Source: an uncultured bacterium (GTDB taxonomy: Bacteria; RBG-13-61-14; DRUE01). From it: a DNA stretch of 53,656 bases. How positions within the stretch are numbered: the stretch's first letter is position 1; each line of letters opens with the position of its first letter. The notes beneath the pieces were generated by a model that saw only the letters and a program-made list of their open reading frames with translations, was not told the DNA's origin and did no database searches. Made by a program: the position numbers and the translations under genes. Positions 44,918 through 53,656 of this stretch are shown in pieces. The stretch covers positions 1 to 53,656 of the forward strand of contig CAZQJX010000001.1 in NCBI GenBank assembly GCA_964592965.1, in the 5' to 3' direction.

Positions 44918-46390
44918 ATGAAAAAAATTTGGTTTATGATTTTTTTTAGCTTTTGTCTGAATGTCTGGGCACAGGGGCATTTTAAGCTTAATCAACTTAA
45001 AGTTAATGGCGAGATACGCTCTTTGAAAGTTGTTGACCTTGATGATGATGGCTTCAAGGAGCTAATTGTTTTATACACCTTACAAAAAAATAACCACAAG
45101 CAAAAATATCTTTCCATCTTCTCACCTGACCGCTCTAATGGTTATTCTCAAAATCGGCAGTTTAAAATGCCCATTCCTTCCAGCTATCTTATCATTGATG
45201 TGGGAAAACTTCCAGATAAAAAAAATACCTGCCTTGCTTTTTTAACAACCAGCTCTTTGCTCTGTTATTATTTCAAAGCAAAAAGCCTTTCTGCTAGTGA
45301 AAAAATTTTGAATATCTCCAACCCTGTTATTCAGGCTCCTTCTTCTGAATATATTATCAGCTACAAGCTTATTTACGATTGGAACGAAGATGGAAAGAAT
45401 GAGATATTCATTCTTCAGCTGGGTTCTGGCTTAATCTTTTACTACCTTGACCGTGGCTGGACATCGCAAAGAATTAATCTTCCTGTGGATGTGAGCTTTT
45501 TCTCCTTTGGACTGGCAGGACTCTTTCCCCATTCAGAGATAAATGTAAATTATCAAACTCCCAAGCTTTTTCTTGAAGACTGGGACGGTGATGGCACAAA
45601 AGAGCTCCTTGCCATCTGTAATGAACAGCTCTGGGTCTATAAACGCAACTCCAAAAACTTCTACTCTTCGCAACCAATCGCCAGATTAAGCTTTCCTCTA
45701 CCCACGCCTGACAAAAAGGCACAAAGACAGCAATTTAACATCTTAATCGCTGACCTTGATAATGATGGCTTCGCAGATGCGCTCACCAATCTTCAGCAGG
45801 GCGGTATTTTCAATCAAAAAGCTCAACTTTGCATATACAGCGGAAAAAATCTTTATCGTCATAAATTAAAGCCTAAGCGAAGCTGGGAATACAATGCCTG
45901 GATAATTGGTCCGTTTATTCGTGACCTAGATAATGATGGAGATGTTGATTTAATCATTCCCATTGTTGAAGCGGGATTTTTTACTACTGCTCGGGTGCTG
46001 ATTACTGGCTATGTCCCACTGCAATGGAATTATTATTTTAATCATCAGCATCATTTTAATGATTTGCCTGATTACACTGACCGAATTGACCTTCATCTTG
46101 ACCTATCTGAAGGCAAATTTACTACCGGCTTTCCTAATGTCTTTGCGGACTTTAATGGCGATGGTGTTGCTGACCTTGTTTACAGCAAATCTGAAGATGA
46201 GCTGATTATTGCTATCAAAGATAAAAGCGGTGCCAGAAAGTATAAAGAAACAGTTTCAGTTGCCAGCGTTGGCTTGCCCATTACCAAGGATTTTAATCAG
46301 GACGGGCTGGCAGATATTTTTATCTACTACCCTCAGTCTCCAGAGCACAGAGGGGAAATAAATGTGCTGGTCAATAAAGGTGGCTGGTAA
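44918..46390 (+). CDS. Secreted seven-repeat FG-GAP/VCBS-type beta-propeller protein
   Basis: Signal peptide MKKIWFMIFFSFCLNVWAQG. Seven spaced Ca-binding-like motifs: DLDDDGFKE, DWNEDGKNE, DWDGDGTKE, DLDNDGFAD, DLDNDGDVD, DFNGDGVAD and DFNQDGLAD. Confidence 0.8.
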   Translation: MKKIWFMIFFSFCLNVWAQGHFKLNQLKVNGEIRSLKVVDLDDDGFKELIVLYTLQKNNHKQKYLSIFSPDRSNGYSQNRQFKMPIPSSYLIIDVGKLPDKKNTCLAFLTTSSLLCYYFKAKSLSASEKILNISNPVIQAPSSEYIISYKLIYDWNEDGKNEIFILQLGSGLIFYYLDRGWTSQRINLPVDVSFFSFGLAGLFPHSEINVNYQTPKLFLEDWDGDGTKELLAICNEQLWVYKRNSKNFYSSQPIARLSFPLPTPDKKAQRQQFNILIADLDNDGFADALTNLQQGGIFNQKAQLCIYSGKNLYRHKLKPKRSWEYNAWIIGPFIRDLDNDGDVDLIIPIVEAGFFTTARVLITGYVPLQWNYYFNHQHHFNDLPDYTDRIDLHLDLSEGKFTTGFPNVFADFNGDGVADLVYSKSEDELIIAIKDKSGARKYKETVSVASVGLPITKDFNQDGLADIFIYYPQSPEHRGEINVLVNKGGW

Positions 46391-47240
46391 AGCTGGCTTT
46401 TTTGTGCTCATCTTTTTTTGTCTTTTACTTTTCAACTGCCAAAAAAGCTTTCTCCAGAAGAATTAATCGCTTCTTTTCCTCAGGCAGATACCAGCCAGAT
46501 TCTCCATCCTGTCAAAAACACAAAACTTGCTTACAAAAAAGTTAAGTTAAAAAATTCCACCAAAGACGCTTGGATTTTAGCGCCTGAAGATTACCTGCTG
46601 GCACAAGGAGATTTTAAAGGCGAGCTTGGGCTTTCTCTTGGCTTTTTAAAATCAGCAAATAAAAAGTCTGGGTTTGTTGCAAAACTCTGTTGTCATCATC
46701 ACTTCTGACTATGGCGAGGAATTTCTTGAGCATAAAGGTTTTGGTCATTCCCGCACTTTATATCAAGAGGTGCTCAAAGTAATTATTTACTTTCCAGGGC
46801 TTGAAGAAGCCGGGAAAAGAATCAATCTGCTGGCAAGAAGTATAGATATTTTTCCAACCGCGCTCGGACTTTTAGGAATTTCTCCACCGCCAAATATTCA
46901 TGGAAAAGACCTTATTCTGCTGGCTGATTCAGGAAGGGGAGCTGGTTTTGCCTACTCAGAGCTAGAGCCTTTTTTAGCGCCTCAAAAATTTATCAAAGCC
47001 TTTCAGGAAGAAGACTATAAGCTGATTTTAAATTTACCTTCTGGCAAAATTGAGCTTTACCAGCTATCTCAAGATGCAAAAGAAAAAAATAATCTCGCTG
47101 AGAAATATCCTCAAAAAGCCAAAAAGCTTTTGGAAAAAATGATGGATTTGGAAAAGAGCTTCCGAGTGGTGAAGGCAAAAAAGCCACCAGCCCCAGCTTC
47201 TACCAAAAAGATTTTAAAATCTCTCGGGTATATCCGCTGA
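46362..47240 (+). pseudogene. Frameshifted, N-terminally gutted sulfatase-family remnant
   Basis: A 34-codon ORF from the ATG at 46362 encodes a lipoprotein-like signal (FFVLIFFCLLLFNC) and stops just after an A6 run (46441-46446), where the reading frame continues at +2 (track ORF 46418-46708). From about 46668, the original frame reads GLLQNSVVIITSDYGEEF...SIDIFPT..., the C-terminal third of sulfatases. The catalytic N-terminal domain (C/SxPxR, metal ligands) is absent. Confidence 0.6.
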
Positions 47241-47277
47241 TTGTGCGATAAGACTGCTAAGATAAAATAAAAGTAAG

Positions 47278-48312
47278 ATGCCAAAAGTAAGTGCTATTAT
47301 CTGCGTTTACAATCAGCCTCTGGTAAAAGAGGCAATTGAGAGCGTGCTTTGTCAAACCTATCCTGACTATGAGCTGATAATTATTGATGATGGAAGCAAT
47401 GATGAGACAAAAGACATTCTCAAGCGCTATTCATCAAAAGCCCGCATTATTCATCTTGAGCAAAATCAAGGCATCGCCAATGCCAGAAACAAAGGGCTTA
47501 TCTATGCAAACAGCGAGTTGATAGCCTTTCTTGATGCTGATGATATATGGCTTGAGCGGTATCTTGAAGAGATGGTCAATTTTTTCTTAGCTCATCCTTC
47601 CTGCCTGCTCGCCTTCTCTGATGGATGGGTCTTTAAAAGAAAAGAAATTCCCCAAAATCTTGATACCTATCCCAGCTTTTATTCTCTATATCCTGCTCCG
47701 GCTGGAAAGAGATGCTTAGAAACATTTTTTGCCACTCCCATTGTCACTTCTTTTACGATGTTCAAGAGGAAGTTTTTTGAAAAAGTAGGATTTTTCTCAC
47801 CGGAAATGAAAATCCATGAAGATGCGGAGCTGATTATGCGAGGGCTTGAGCAGGATATTTATCCCTGCTTTTATCCAAAGCCTCTGGCAGTAAAAAGAAA
47901 CATCAAGGGCGGGCTTTCGCAAAATGCTTTTGACTATCTTTACTATTCTCGGCTGATGCTGAAAAAAAGCTATCACAGAAGCGGAAAGCTTCGGCGCTGG
48001 ATAAGAAAAAGCATTGCTCAGGCAAACCGCTATCTTGCCCGTGCTTATTATTGGAAAGGTGAGTATCAAAAGGCAAGGCAGGTTTTGATTGAGGTTTTTA
48101 GGTATAATCCTCTTTCCATAAGAACTGTTCTGCCAGCTCTCTGGCTCTCTCTTCCAAAACCTTTTTCCAGCTGGCTGATTAAAAAAACCTTTCTGGCACA
48201 AAAAGAGCTATGGCCGAAAAGCACGAAATACCAACAAAATGGAAAAAAGACTGCTCGCAAGAATAACAGCAAAAACGCCAAGCCCCACGCCCAGACCGAA
48301 AATTGGAATTAA
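47278..48312 (+). CDS. GT2-family glycosyltransferase with a TPR-like C-terminal region
   Basis: VSAIICVYNQ...ELIIIDDGSNDET...FLDADD GT-A motifs. The last 35 codons or so are low-complexity and overlap the convergent gene, so the functional C-terminus may be effectively shorter. Confidence 0.85.
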   Translation: MPKVSAIICVYNQPLVKEAIESVLCQTYPDYELIIIDDGSNDETKDILKRYSSKARIIHLEQNQGIANARNKGLIYANSELIAFLDADDIWLERYLEEMVNFFLAHPSCLLAFSDGWVFKRKEIPQNLDTYPSFYSLYPAPAGKRCLETFFATPIVTSFTMFKRKFFEKVGFFSPEMKIHEDAELIMRGLEQDIYPCFYPKPLAVKRNIKGGLSQNAFDYLYYSRLMLKKSYHRSGKLRRWIRKSIAQANRYLARAYYWKGEYQKARQVLIEVFRYNPLSIRTVLPALWLSLPKPFSSWLIKKTFLAQKELWPKSTKYQQNGKKTARKNNSKNAKPHAQTENWN

Positions 48313-50454
48313 AATCGCTGAGGTAAGAAAAGCACCCAGAGCACTTCCCAAATGGTCAGACGCATTTATCCAGCCAGCAGTTGCTCCCATTCCTTTTCCA
48401 GAAATCTTTTGAAACCAAAAGGCAGAGAGAGGAAAGCAAATTCCTGAAAAAAATGCAACCAAAATCAAAAGCCCTAAAATCAGGCTAATGGTGATAAAAG
48501 CGCTGGGAGTGATGCGAACCAGATAAAACAGCCCCAGCCAGCTCAACCCGATTGATGCCATCTCTCCTGCAAGAACAGCTGAAAATGTCCAAGTTCTGCC
48601 TTTTTGCCAAAAATCTTTATAGCGCTGATACAGCCAAGCACCAATTACCAGTCCAACCATAAACCCGCTGACCAGTCCACCAACCAGCTGGTAAACATAT
48701 CCATAAACCACCTGAAATCCGAGCATCAAAATTAGCTCTGCACCTATTCCAGTCAGTCCAACTGCAAAAATGCTAAGAGCACTAAATGCAGAGCCACCCC
48801 AAAAGCCAACCAAAACTAAAGCCAAAATAAAATATACGCCTAAAAAAACATAAAGGGGCTTTTGGTTGATTAAAAGAATCTTCTTTAATATGCCCCTTAT
48901 TCTCGGGTTGGTCTGCTCCAGCCACAAAAGACTGGAAAGATAATATCCTCTTGGCTTGAGGTCTGTGTTTTTTGGTTGATTGATAAAATGCTCAAGCCTC
49001 ATCTGAACAAAAAGCAATCGCTCCTCGCTTAAATTGTCTTTAAGATAATATTCCCTGACAAAATAGGTTTTGATTTGCCGTTTTTTGAGCTGAGCGAGAA
49101 TTTTCTCTGCATCAGCAGTTAAAAGCGGGCTGGTATCACCAGCAACAAGATAGTTCTGTCCCAAAGGTAAAATCACCACCTTTTTGAAAACAGCTTTTAA
49201 AGTCAAAACTCCATTGGCAAGAAGCGAAGCCTGCCCATCAGAAAGGTAATTTCCGCTCGTGCCTAAAGTTAATCCTAAAACCCCATCTTTTTTAAGATGA
49301 GATTTTGCCAGCTGGTAAAACTCTTGCGTGTAGTAGCGATTGATATGAGCGGTCTCTGGGTCAGGCAAGTTCAATATAATAGCATCAAAGCGCTCCTTTG
49401 TTCTTTTTAAAAAAATCCTTGCATCCTGATGATATATCTTTACAGGATAAACTTTCTCCAGCTCTTTTAGCTCAGGAATATATCTTTTTTCCAGCTCAGT
49501 TAGTTTGGGGTCAATCTGAACATAAACCAGCTTTTTTACTCTGTGCTTAAAAACTTCTTTTACAGCTCCTGCCAGCCCCCCGCCAATCAGCAAAACCTTT
49601 TCCGGATGTGCGCACATTGCTAGGGGCAGGTGAATGATTTTTTCAAAATGCTCCTGGTCTGGATAGCTAAAGGCAGGAAAGCCATCAATCCAGAAATTAA
49701 CCAGTTCCTCTCTCTTTGTCACAGAAAGGGTTGCGTATTTGCTTTCAGATTCATAAAGGACTTTTTGATTTTTCCAGCGAAGCTCAACCAGTTTTTTCTC
49801 AATAGCAGATGAAAGTCCTGCAAAAGCAAGCGCAACCAAAACGCAACCTATACTTGCAAAAAGCCTAGATTTTCTGCTGGTAAGAGCAATAGCACCTGCA
49901 AGCGCTGTTAAAAAAGCGCAAAGAACTATTTGAAAAAATGCCCCAACTCTACCAGCAATAAAGAGGCTGAAAACAATTCCAGCAATTGCCGAGCCAACCG
50001 CTTCCCAAAGATAAAGCCTGACCAGGTTGGTCTCGTCTGCTTCAAACAGCTTTGCTGAATAATTAAATCCTGCACCCAGCAGAAAGCATACCGGTGCGGT
50101 AAAAAGGAATCCTGCCAGAAGAATGGTTCCAAAGCCGAGCGCCTCTCCTTCTACCACTTTAAAAATATACTTAATCAGCCAGGTAAAAGCACCGCTTAGA
50201 ACAAAAAGCACTGCGCATAAAATCAAAATTAAAGCCAACTCTTTATCTGGAAATGCTGTTCGGTCCGCTCTTTTGGCAAAGGCGTATCCGCCTAAGGCGG
50301 TCCAAAACATCCATCCCGCAAAGAGTGCCCCAATGGTAAGCTCATTCCCATAAAAAACACTTAAAAGCCTGCGAATTAAAATCACCTGAACAAAAATAGA
50401 AACCAATCCGTAAAGCAGATAAATCAAAACCGCTCGCAATTTAAACTCCCTCAT
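48208..50454 (-). CDS. Fused polytopic membrane / spermidine-synthase-like (aminopropyltransferase-fold) protein
   Basis: About 7 N-terminal TM segments. The central domain has VLLIGGGLAGAVKE, VQIDPKL, DARIFL and IILNLPDP (spermidine synthase fold). About 5 more TM segments follow at the C-terminus. Confidence 0.8.
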   Translation of the reverse strand: MREFKLRAVLIYLLYGLVSIFVQVILIRRLLSVFYGNELTIGALFAGWMFWTALGGYAFAKRADRTAFPDKELALILILCAVLFVLSGAFTWLIKYIFKVVEGEALGFGTILLAGFLFTAPVCFLLGAGFNYSAKLFEADETNLVRLYLWEAVGSAIAGIVFSLFIAGRVGAFFQIVLCAFLTALAGAIALTSRKSRLFASIGCVLVALAFAGLSSAIEKKLVELRWKNQKVLYESESKYATLSVTKREELVNFWIDGFPAFSYPDQEHFEKIIHLPLAMCAHPEKVLLIGGGLAGAVKEVFKHRVKKLVYVQIDPKLTELEKRYIPELKELEKVYPVKIYHQDARIFLKRTKERFDAIILNLPDPETAHINRYYTQEFYQLAKSHLKKDGVLGLTLGTSGNYLSDGQASLLANGVLTLKAVFKKVVILPLGQNYLVAGDTSPLLTADAEKILAQLKKRQIKTYFVREYYLKDNLSEERLLFVQMRLEHFINQPKNTDLKPRGYYLSSLLWLEQTNPRIRGILKKILLINQKPLYVFLGVYFILALVLVGFWGGSAFSALSIFAVGLTGIGAELILMLGFQVVYGYVYQLVGGLVSGFMVGLVIGAWLYQRYKDFWQKGRTWTFSAVLAGEMASIGLSWLGLFYLVRITPSAFITISLILGLLILVAFFSGICFPLSAFWFQKISGKGMGATAGWINASDHLGSALGAFLTSAILIPIFGLGVGLGVFAVILASSLFSILLVFRAFRP

Positions 50455-50662
50455 TATTTATATGATATAGCTGAGATTTGATAAATGAAATATCTATAAA
50501 GCAAATAACTAGCAAAGTAGTTTTATTCTAGCAAAATAATCTTACTAGTGATTTGGAAAAACCATCTTTTTTATTCAGAATTGAATTATTTTCAAAAAAG
50601 ATTTAAACTTTGGGATTAGAAGCTTTTTTGATTTTAATGAAATCTGAGTCTTGACTGAGAGC

Positions 50663-50690
50663 TTGACAAATGGCTTATTGTTTTTATACT
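50663..50690 (+). promoter_or_regulatory. Candidate sigma-70 promoter for tRNA-Glu
   Basis: TTGACA (50663-50668), a 16-nt spacer, then TATACT (50685-50690), 12 nt upstream of the mature tRNA 5' end. Confidence 0.45.
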
Positions 50691-50702
50691 TTAAATCAAG
50701 GT

Positions 50703-50780
50703 GTCCCCATCGTCTAGCCAGGTCTAGGACACCGGGCTTTCAATCCGGCAACGGGGGTTCAAATCCCCCTGGGGACACCA
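50703..50780 (+). tRNA. tRNA-Glu (anticodon UUC), CCA encoded
   Basis: Manual fold. Acceptor stem GTCCCCA/TGGGGAC. D arm. Anticodon stem CCGGG/TCCGG with loop CTTTCAA (anticodon TTC). T arm GGGGG-TTCAAAT-CCCCC. Discriminator A, then CCA. Close to E. coli tRNA-Glu as I remember it. Confidence 0.9.
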
Positions 50781-51058
50781 AATTTTTTTACCCTTACCAG
50801 CTAAACCTCATAATGAAGAAATCTTAAAATCTTTTTAAAATGAAAAATAAACTGCTTCTTATGACCTCTTCCATAATGAAAAAACATAAATAAAATTTTC
50901 AACTATTACGCTTTGATATTTATCGCTAGCTAGATTGAAGCACTTTGTCGCCTCAACATACATCCCGTTCTTTTGGCAATCACATTCTACTATTTATAGC
51001 TGACTGGATTTAAATTATATACTTTATTGAATATTTTATACTTGACTATAATGAAAAC

Positions 51059-51877
51059 TTATCTTTGGCAAGAAGGGCAAAAATACGAGCTTCTCCCGCT
51101 GATTTTTGTTCTTCTTATCTTTTCTCCACATTTTAGGCAGGGCTCGCCTTCCCTACCATAAACCTTTGGCTGATAGCCTCCAGATTTTGAAAAAGCGGTC
51201 TGATAGTCACGAATGGTTGTGCCCCTAGAATCAATGGCATCTTTTAGCACCTTTTTTATTGACCGCACAAGCCTTGAGATTTCCTCTTTACCAAGACTTC
51301 CTGCTGGACGGGTAGGTAAAATTCCTGCCCTGTAGCACGCCTCATCTGCATAAATGTTCCCCACTCCTGCGCAAATATGCTGGTCTAAAAGCAAAGATTT
51401 AACCGGAGCTTTTCTTCCGCAAAACTTTTCAGCGAGCCAGCTTTTGTTAAATTCATCTGAAAATGGCTCAGGACCTAGCCCGGAAAGCTCTTTTATTTTA
51501 TTCAGCTCTGAATTATTTGTCAGCAGGATTTTTCCGAATTTTCTCAGGTCAGAAAAGCTGAGCTTGCAATCAGAAAAACACATCTCCAAATGAAAATGAA
51601 GCGCGGGTTTTTTATTTTTCTTCTCAAATTTAAATCCACCTGTCATTCCCAGATGAAAAACCAGAGCCTGCTTGTTATTGAATATGAAAATCAGGTATTT
51701 TGCTCTTCTTTTAATCTTAACAATTTTTTTGCCTTTTAGTTTATATATTTTTCGTGGATGGGAAAGCTTTCTGAATATTCTGGAATTTCTTTTTATCCAG
51801 ATTTTTTCTATTCTCTTACCAATCAGGTTTTGAGCCAGTTGCCTTTTTATTGTTTCTACCTCAGGCAGTTCTGGCAT
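51059..51877 (-). CDS. mutM: Formamidopyrimidine-DNA glycosylase
   Basis: The canonical MPELPEVE start (catalytic Pro2) fixes the start at 51877, not 51931. C-terminal zinc finger CLKCG...CPSCQ. Confidence 0.9.
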   Translation of the reverse strand: MPELPEVETIKRQLAQNLIGKRIEKIWIKRNSRIFRKLSHPRKIYKLKGKKIVKIKRRAKYLIFIFNNKQALVFHLGMTGGFKFEKKNKKPALHFHLEMCFSDCKLSFSDLRKFGKILLTNNSELNKIKELSGLGPEPFSDEFNKSWLAEKFCGRKAPVKSLLLDQHICAGVGNIYADEACYRAGILPTRPAGSLGKEEISRLVRSIKKVLKDAIDSRGTTIRDYQTAFSKSGGYQPKVYGREGEPCLKCGEKIRRTKISGRSSYFCPSCQR

Positions 51878-52712
51878 TTTTCTTCCACTCAGAATAATAA
51901 TTTGCCAGCTGGCAGATTTTTTCCAGCTCAAGCTCCTCTGCCCTTGCCTGCGGGTTAATGTTCACAGCTTTTAAAAGCTCCTCTGCCTCGTCCCTGCTCA
52001 GTTTTAGCTGGCTCTTGCTCAGGGCATTGCGAAGGGTTTTTCTCCGCTTGGCAAAGATTGCTTTGAGCACTTTTTTAAAATCAGAATAATTAATAAGAGG
52101 AAAGCGATAGTCATCTAAAATCTTAAATTTAACCAGTGCAGAGTCCACTTTAGGCTTGGGATGAAATGCATTAGGACCTATTCGCATAATTATTTCTGGC
52201 TCTGAGTGAATCTGCGAAATCACAGCTAAGATCCCGTAATCTTTGGTTTTTGGCTTGGCGCAGACCCTTTCCGCCACCTCTTTTTGAAGCATAAGATAAA
52301 GCTCGCTGAAAATACCCCTTGTTTCAAGAAGCCGAAAAATCACCTCGGTGGAGATGTTGTAAGGAAGATTTGCCACAACTTTTAGCTTCTTTCCTTTTGA
52401 TGCAATGGTTTTGAAATTAAACCCCAGCACATCTGCACAAATAACCTTAAGGTTGGGAGCGGAAAGTTCTTTTTTTAAAATCTCCACCAGCTCCTCGGAA
52501 ATCTCCAGCGCATAAACCTTGCCAGCACGCTCCACAAGGTATTTGGTGAGATTGCCAGGACCTGCTCCTATTTCTAAAACCTCATCTTCCTGAGTTAAAT
52601 TGGCAAGCAGAGCTATCCTCTTTAAAACCCCCTCATCAACAAGAAAATGTTGACCAAGACTGCGCCTTCCCTGATATCCGTATTGAAACAAAACCTTTTT
52701 GGTTCTTTTCAT
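51861..52712 (-). CDS. rsmA: 16S rRNA (adenine1518/1519-N6)-dimethyltransferase
   Basis: LGQHFL, VLEIGAGPGNLT and NLPYNIST motifs. Confidence 0.9.
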   Translation of the reverse strand: MKRTKKVLFQYGYQGRRSLGQHFLVDEGVLKRIALLANLTQEDEVLEIGAGPGNLTKYLVERAGKVYALEISEELVEILKKELSAPNLKVICADVLGFNFKTIASKGKKLKVVANLPYNISTEVIFRLLETRGIFSELYLMLQKEVAERVCAKPKTKDYGILAVISQIHSEPEIIMRIGPNAFHPKPKVDSALVKFKILDDYRFPLINYSDFKKVLKAIFAKRRKTLRNALSKSQLKLSRDEAEELLKAVNINPQARAEELELEKICQLANYYSEWKKNARTA

Positions 52713-53656
52713 TGCCAGTTCTTTAAAGGTAAGACTGCACGGGCATCCAAGCGAAGGTCATCTTTTATTCCCCTCTTGAGCTTTTCCTCTCCAACCAAAG
52801 CAATCATTCCTGCATTGTCACTGCAAAGCCTTGGGCTGGGAATAAAAAGCTCAAAACCTTTTTCTCTTGCCTTTTCCTCAAATGCCTGCCTGAGCCTCGT
52901 GTTGCTGGCAACTCCACCGCTTAAAACTATTCTTTCTATTTTGAATTTTTCCTGCGCCAAAATGGTCTTTTTTAAAAGCGCCTCCACCACCGCCTCCTGA
53001 TAGCTGGCAGAAATATCAGCAAGATTTTCCTTTGCGTCCGGATTCTCCCGCAAATAGCGCAAAAGAGAGGTTTTTAATCCAGAAAAGCTGTAATCAAGCT
53101 CATCTTTGCGGGCAAGCCCTATGGGAAATTTTATTGCCTGCGGATTGCCAGAGCAAGAGAGCTGGTCAATGGCTTTTCCGCCCGGATAGCTTAATCCCAG
53201 GAGTTTTCCCGCTTTATCAAGCGCTTCTCCTGCTGCATCATCTCTGGTTTCGCCCAGAACTTTATACCTTCCCCAATCTTCCACCAGACATAAAAGCGTA
53301 TGCCCACCACTGGCAAGCAAGCCAAGAAAAGGGAATTTTACCTCTGGGTTTTCCAGAAAAACAGCCAGCAGATGCCCTTCCAAATGGTTTACTCCTACGA
53401 ATGGAAGTTTTCTGCTCCAAGCAATTGCTTTGGCAAAGCTCAATCCCACCAGAAGGCAGACCACCAAGCCCGGTCCACGGGTAACCGCCACTCCTTCCAG
53501 GTCATCAATGCTCGCTCCTGCCTTTTCCAAAGCAAGCTTGGTTACCTGAGAAATTACCTCAATATGCCTTCTTCCTGCCAGCTCAGGCACAACCCCGCCA
53601 AAGCGAGCGTGAATTTCATCTTGGCTGAAAATCACATTGGAAAGAAGCCTGCGCTC
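52709..53656 (-). CDS. tsaD: tRNA N6-adenosine threonylcarbamoyltransferase (5' end outside the window)
   Basis: GGVVPELAGRRH, GVNHLEGH and SGGVASN motifs. The reading frame stays open to the window edge (...RLLSNVIFSQ), so the N-terminus is missing. Confidence 0.9.
   Translation of the reverse strand, partial: ERRLLSNVIFSQDEIHARFGGVVPELAGRRHIEVISQVTKLALEKAGASIDDLEGVAVTRGPGLVVCLLVGLSFAKAIAWSRKLPFVGVNHLEGHLLAVFLENPEVKFPFLGLLASGGHTLLCLVEDWGRYKVLGETRDDAAGEALDKAGKLLGLSYPGGKAIDQLSCSGNPQAIKFPIGLARKDELDYSFSGLKTSLLRYLRENPDAKENLADISASYQEAVVEALLKKTILAQEKFKIERIVLSGGVASNTRLRQAFEEKAREKGFELFIPSPRLCSDNAGMIALVGEEKLKRGIKDDLRLDARAVLPLKNWQ

Noticed and set aside
46418-46708. The 96-aa ORF as an independent gene.
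   Set aside because: It starts at a non-ATG codon inside the frameshifted 5' part of the sulfatase remnant and has no SD. It overlaps the next frame by 35 nt and ends in an implausible ...KLCCHHHF tail. It is treated as part of the pseudogene.
50255-50985. A match of about 13 nt (TCTTTTGGCAA context) between 50265-50280 inside the spermidine-synthase-like gene and 50965-50980 downstream of the tRNA, as possible att-like repeats.
   Set aside because: It is too short and imperfect to distinguish from chance in AT-rich DNA, and nothing mobile lies between the copies apart from the tRNA.
50703-51058. tRNA-Glu followed by 278 bp of AT-rich non-coding DNA, as a possible integration site or genomic-island boundary.
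   Set aside because: There is no integrase, no direct repeat of the tRNA 3' end that I could find by eye, and no mobile-element genes on either side. The flanking genes (mutM-rsmA-tsaD) are core housekeeping. The spacer most likely holds the mutM-operon terminator and the tRNA terminator region.

Overview
This is a gene-dense, AT-rich bacterial chromosomal window, about 53.7 kb, with most genes on the minus strand and many 1-17 nt start/stop overlaps. All calls come from reading the supplied translations and the DNA by eye. No database search was run, so family names are motif- and memory-based.

Housekeeping content:
- A dTDP-6-deoxyhexose set (long-form rfbA, a methyltransferase, a short rfbC-like cupin, rfbB, and the start of a possible rfbD) at 1-3441.
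- A surE-pcm-...-nlpD-like stress/envelope cluster.
- A DinG-like helicase.
- mreB-mreC-mreD-mrdA.
- The futalosine-pathway pair mqnE/mqnC.
- An MglA-like GTPase coupled to a PocR-like sensor protein.
- rpoD and rsmI.
- One tRNA-Glu(UUC).
- tsaD-rsmA-mutM at the right edge.

The accessory part is 27.4-50.5 kb. Its core is one long, translationally coupled minus-strand operon (27409-41884, probably extending to 43975). It combines a Wzm/Wzt ABC glycan exporter and three glycosyltransferases (GT4, GT2, and a GT-C/ArnT-like enzyme). It also carries a methyltransferase with a coiled-coil tail, an LbH acetyltransferase and an 8-Cys 65-aa protein. Most unusually, it holds six radical-SAM enzymes: two B12-binding class B and four SPASM/twitch-like.

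Three catalytically unrelated enzymes of this operon share the same C-terminal module of about 110-125 aa. The 490-bp gap upstream of wzm is not intergenic. It is the decayed remnant of a tandem paralogue of the GT-C gene.

Flanking this operon are an orphan ATP-grasp (ACD-beta-like) gene, a secreted seven-repeat FG-GAP protein, a frameshifted and truncated sulfatase remnant, a second GT2, and a fused membrane/spermidine-synthase-like protein.

I saw no CRISPR array, transposase, integrase, phage genes or recognisable defence system.
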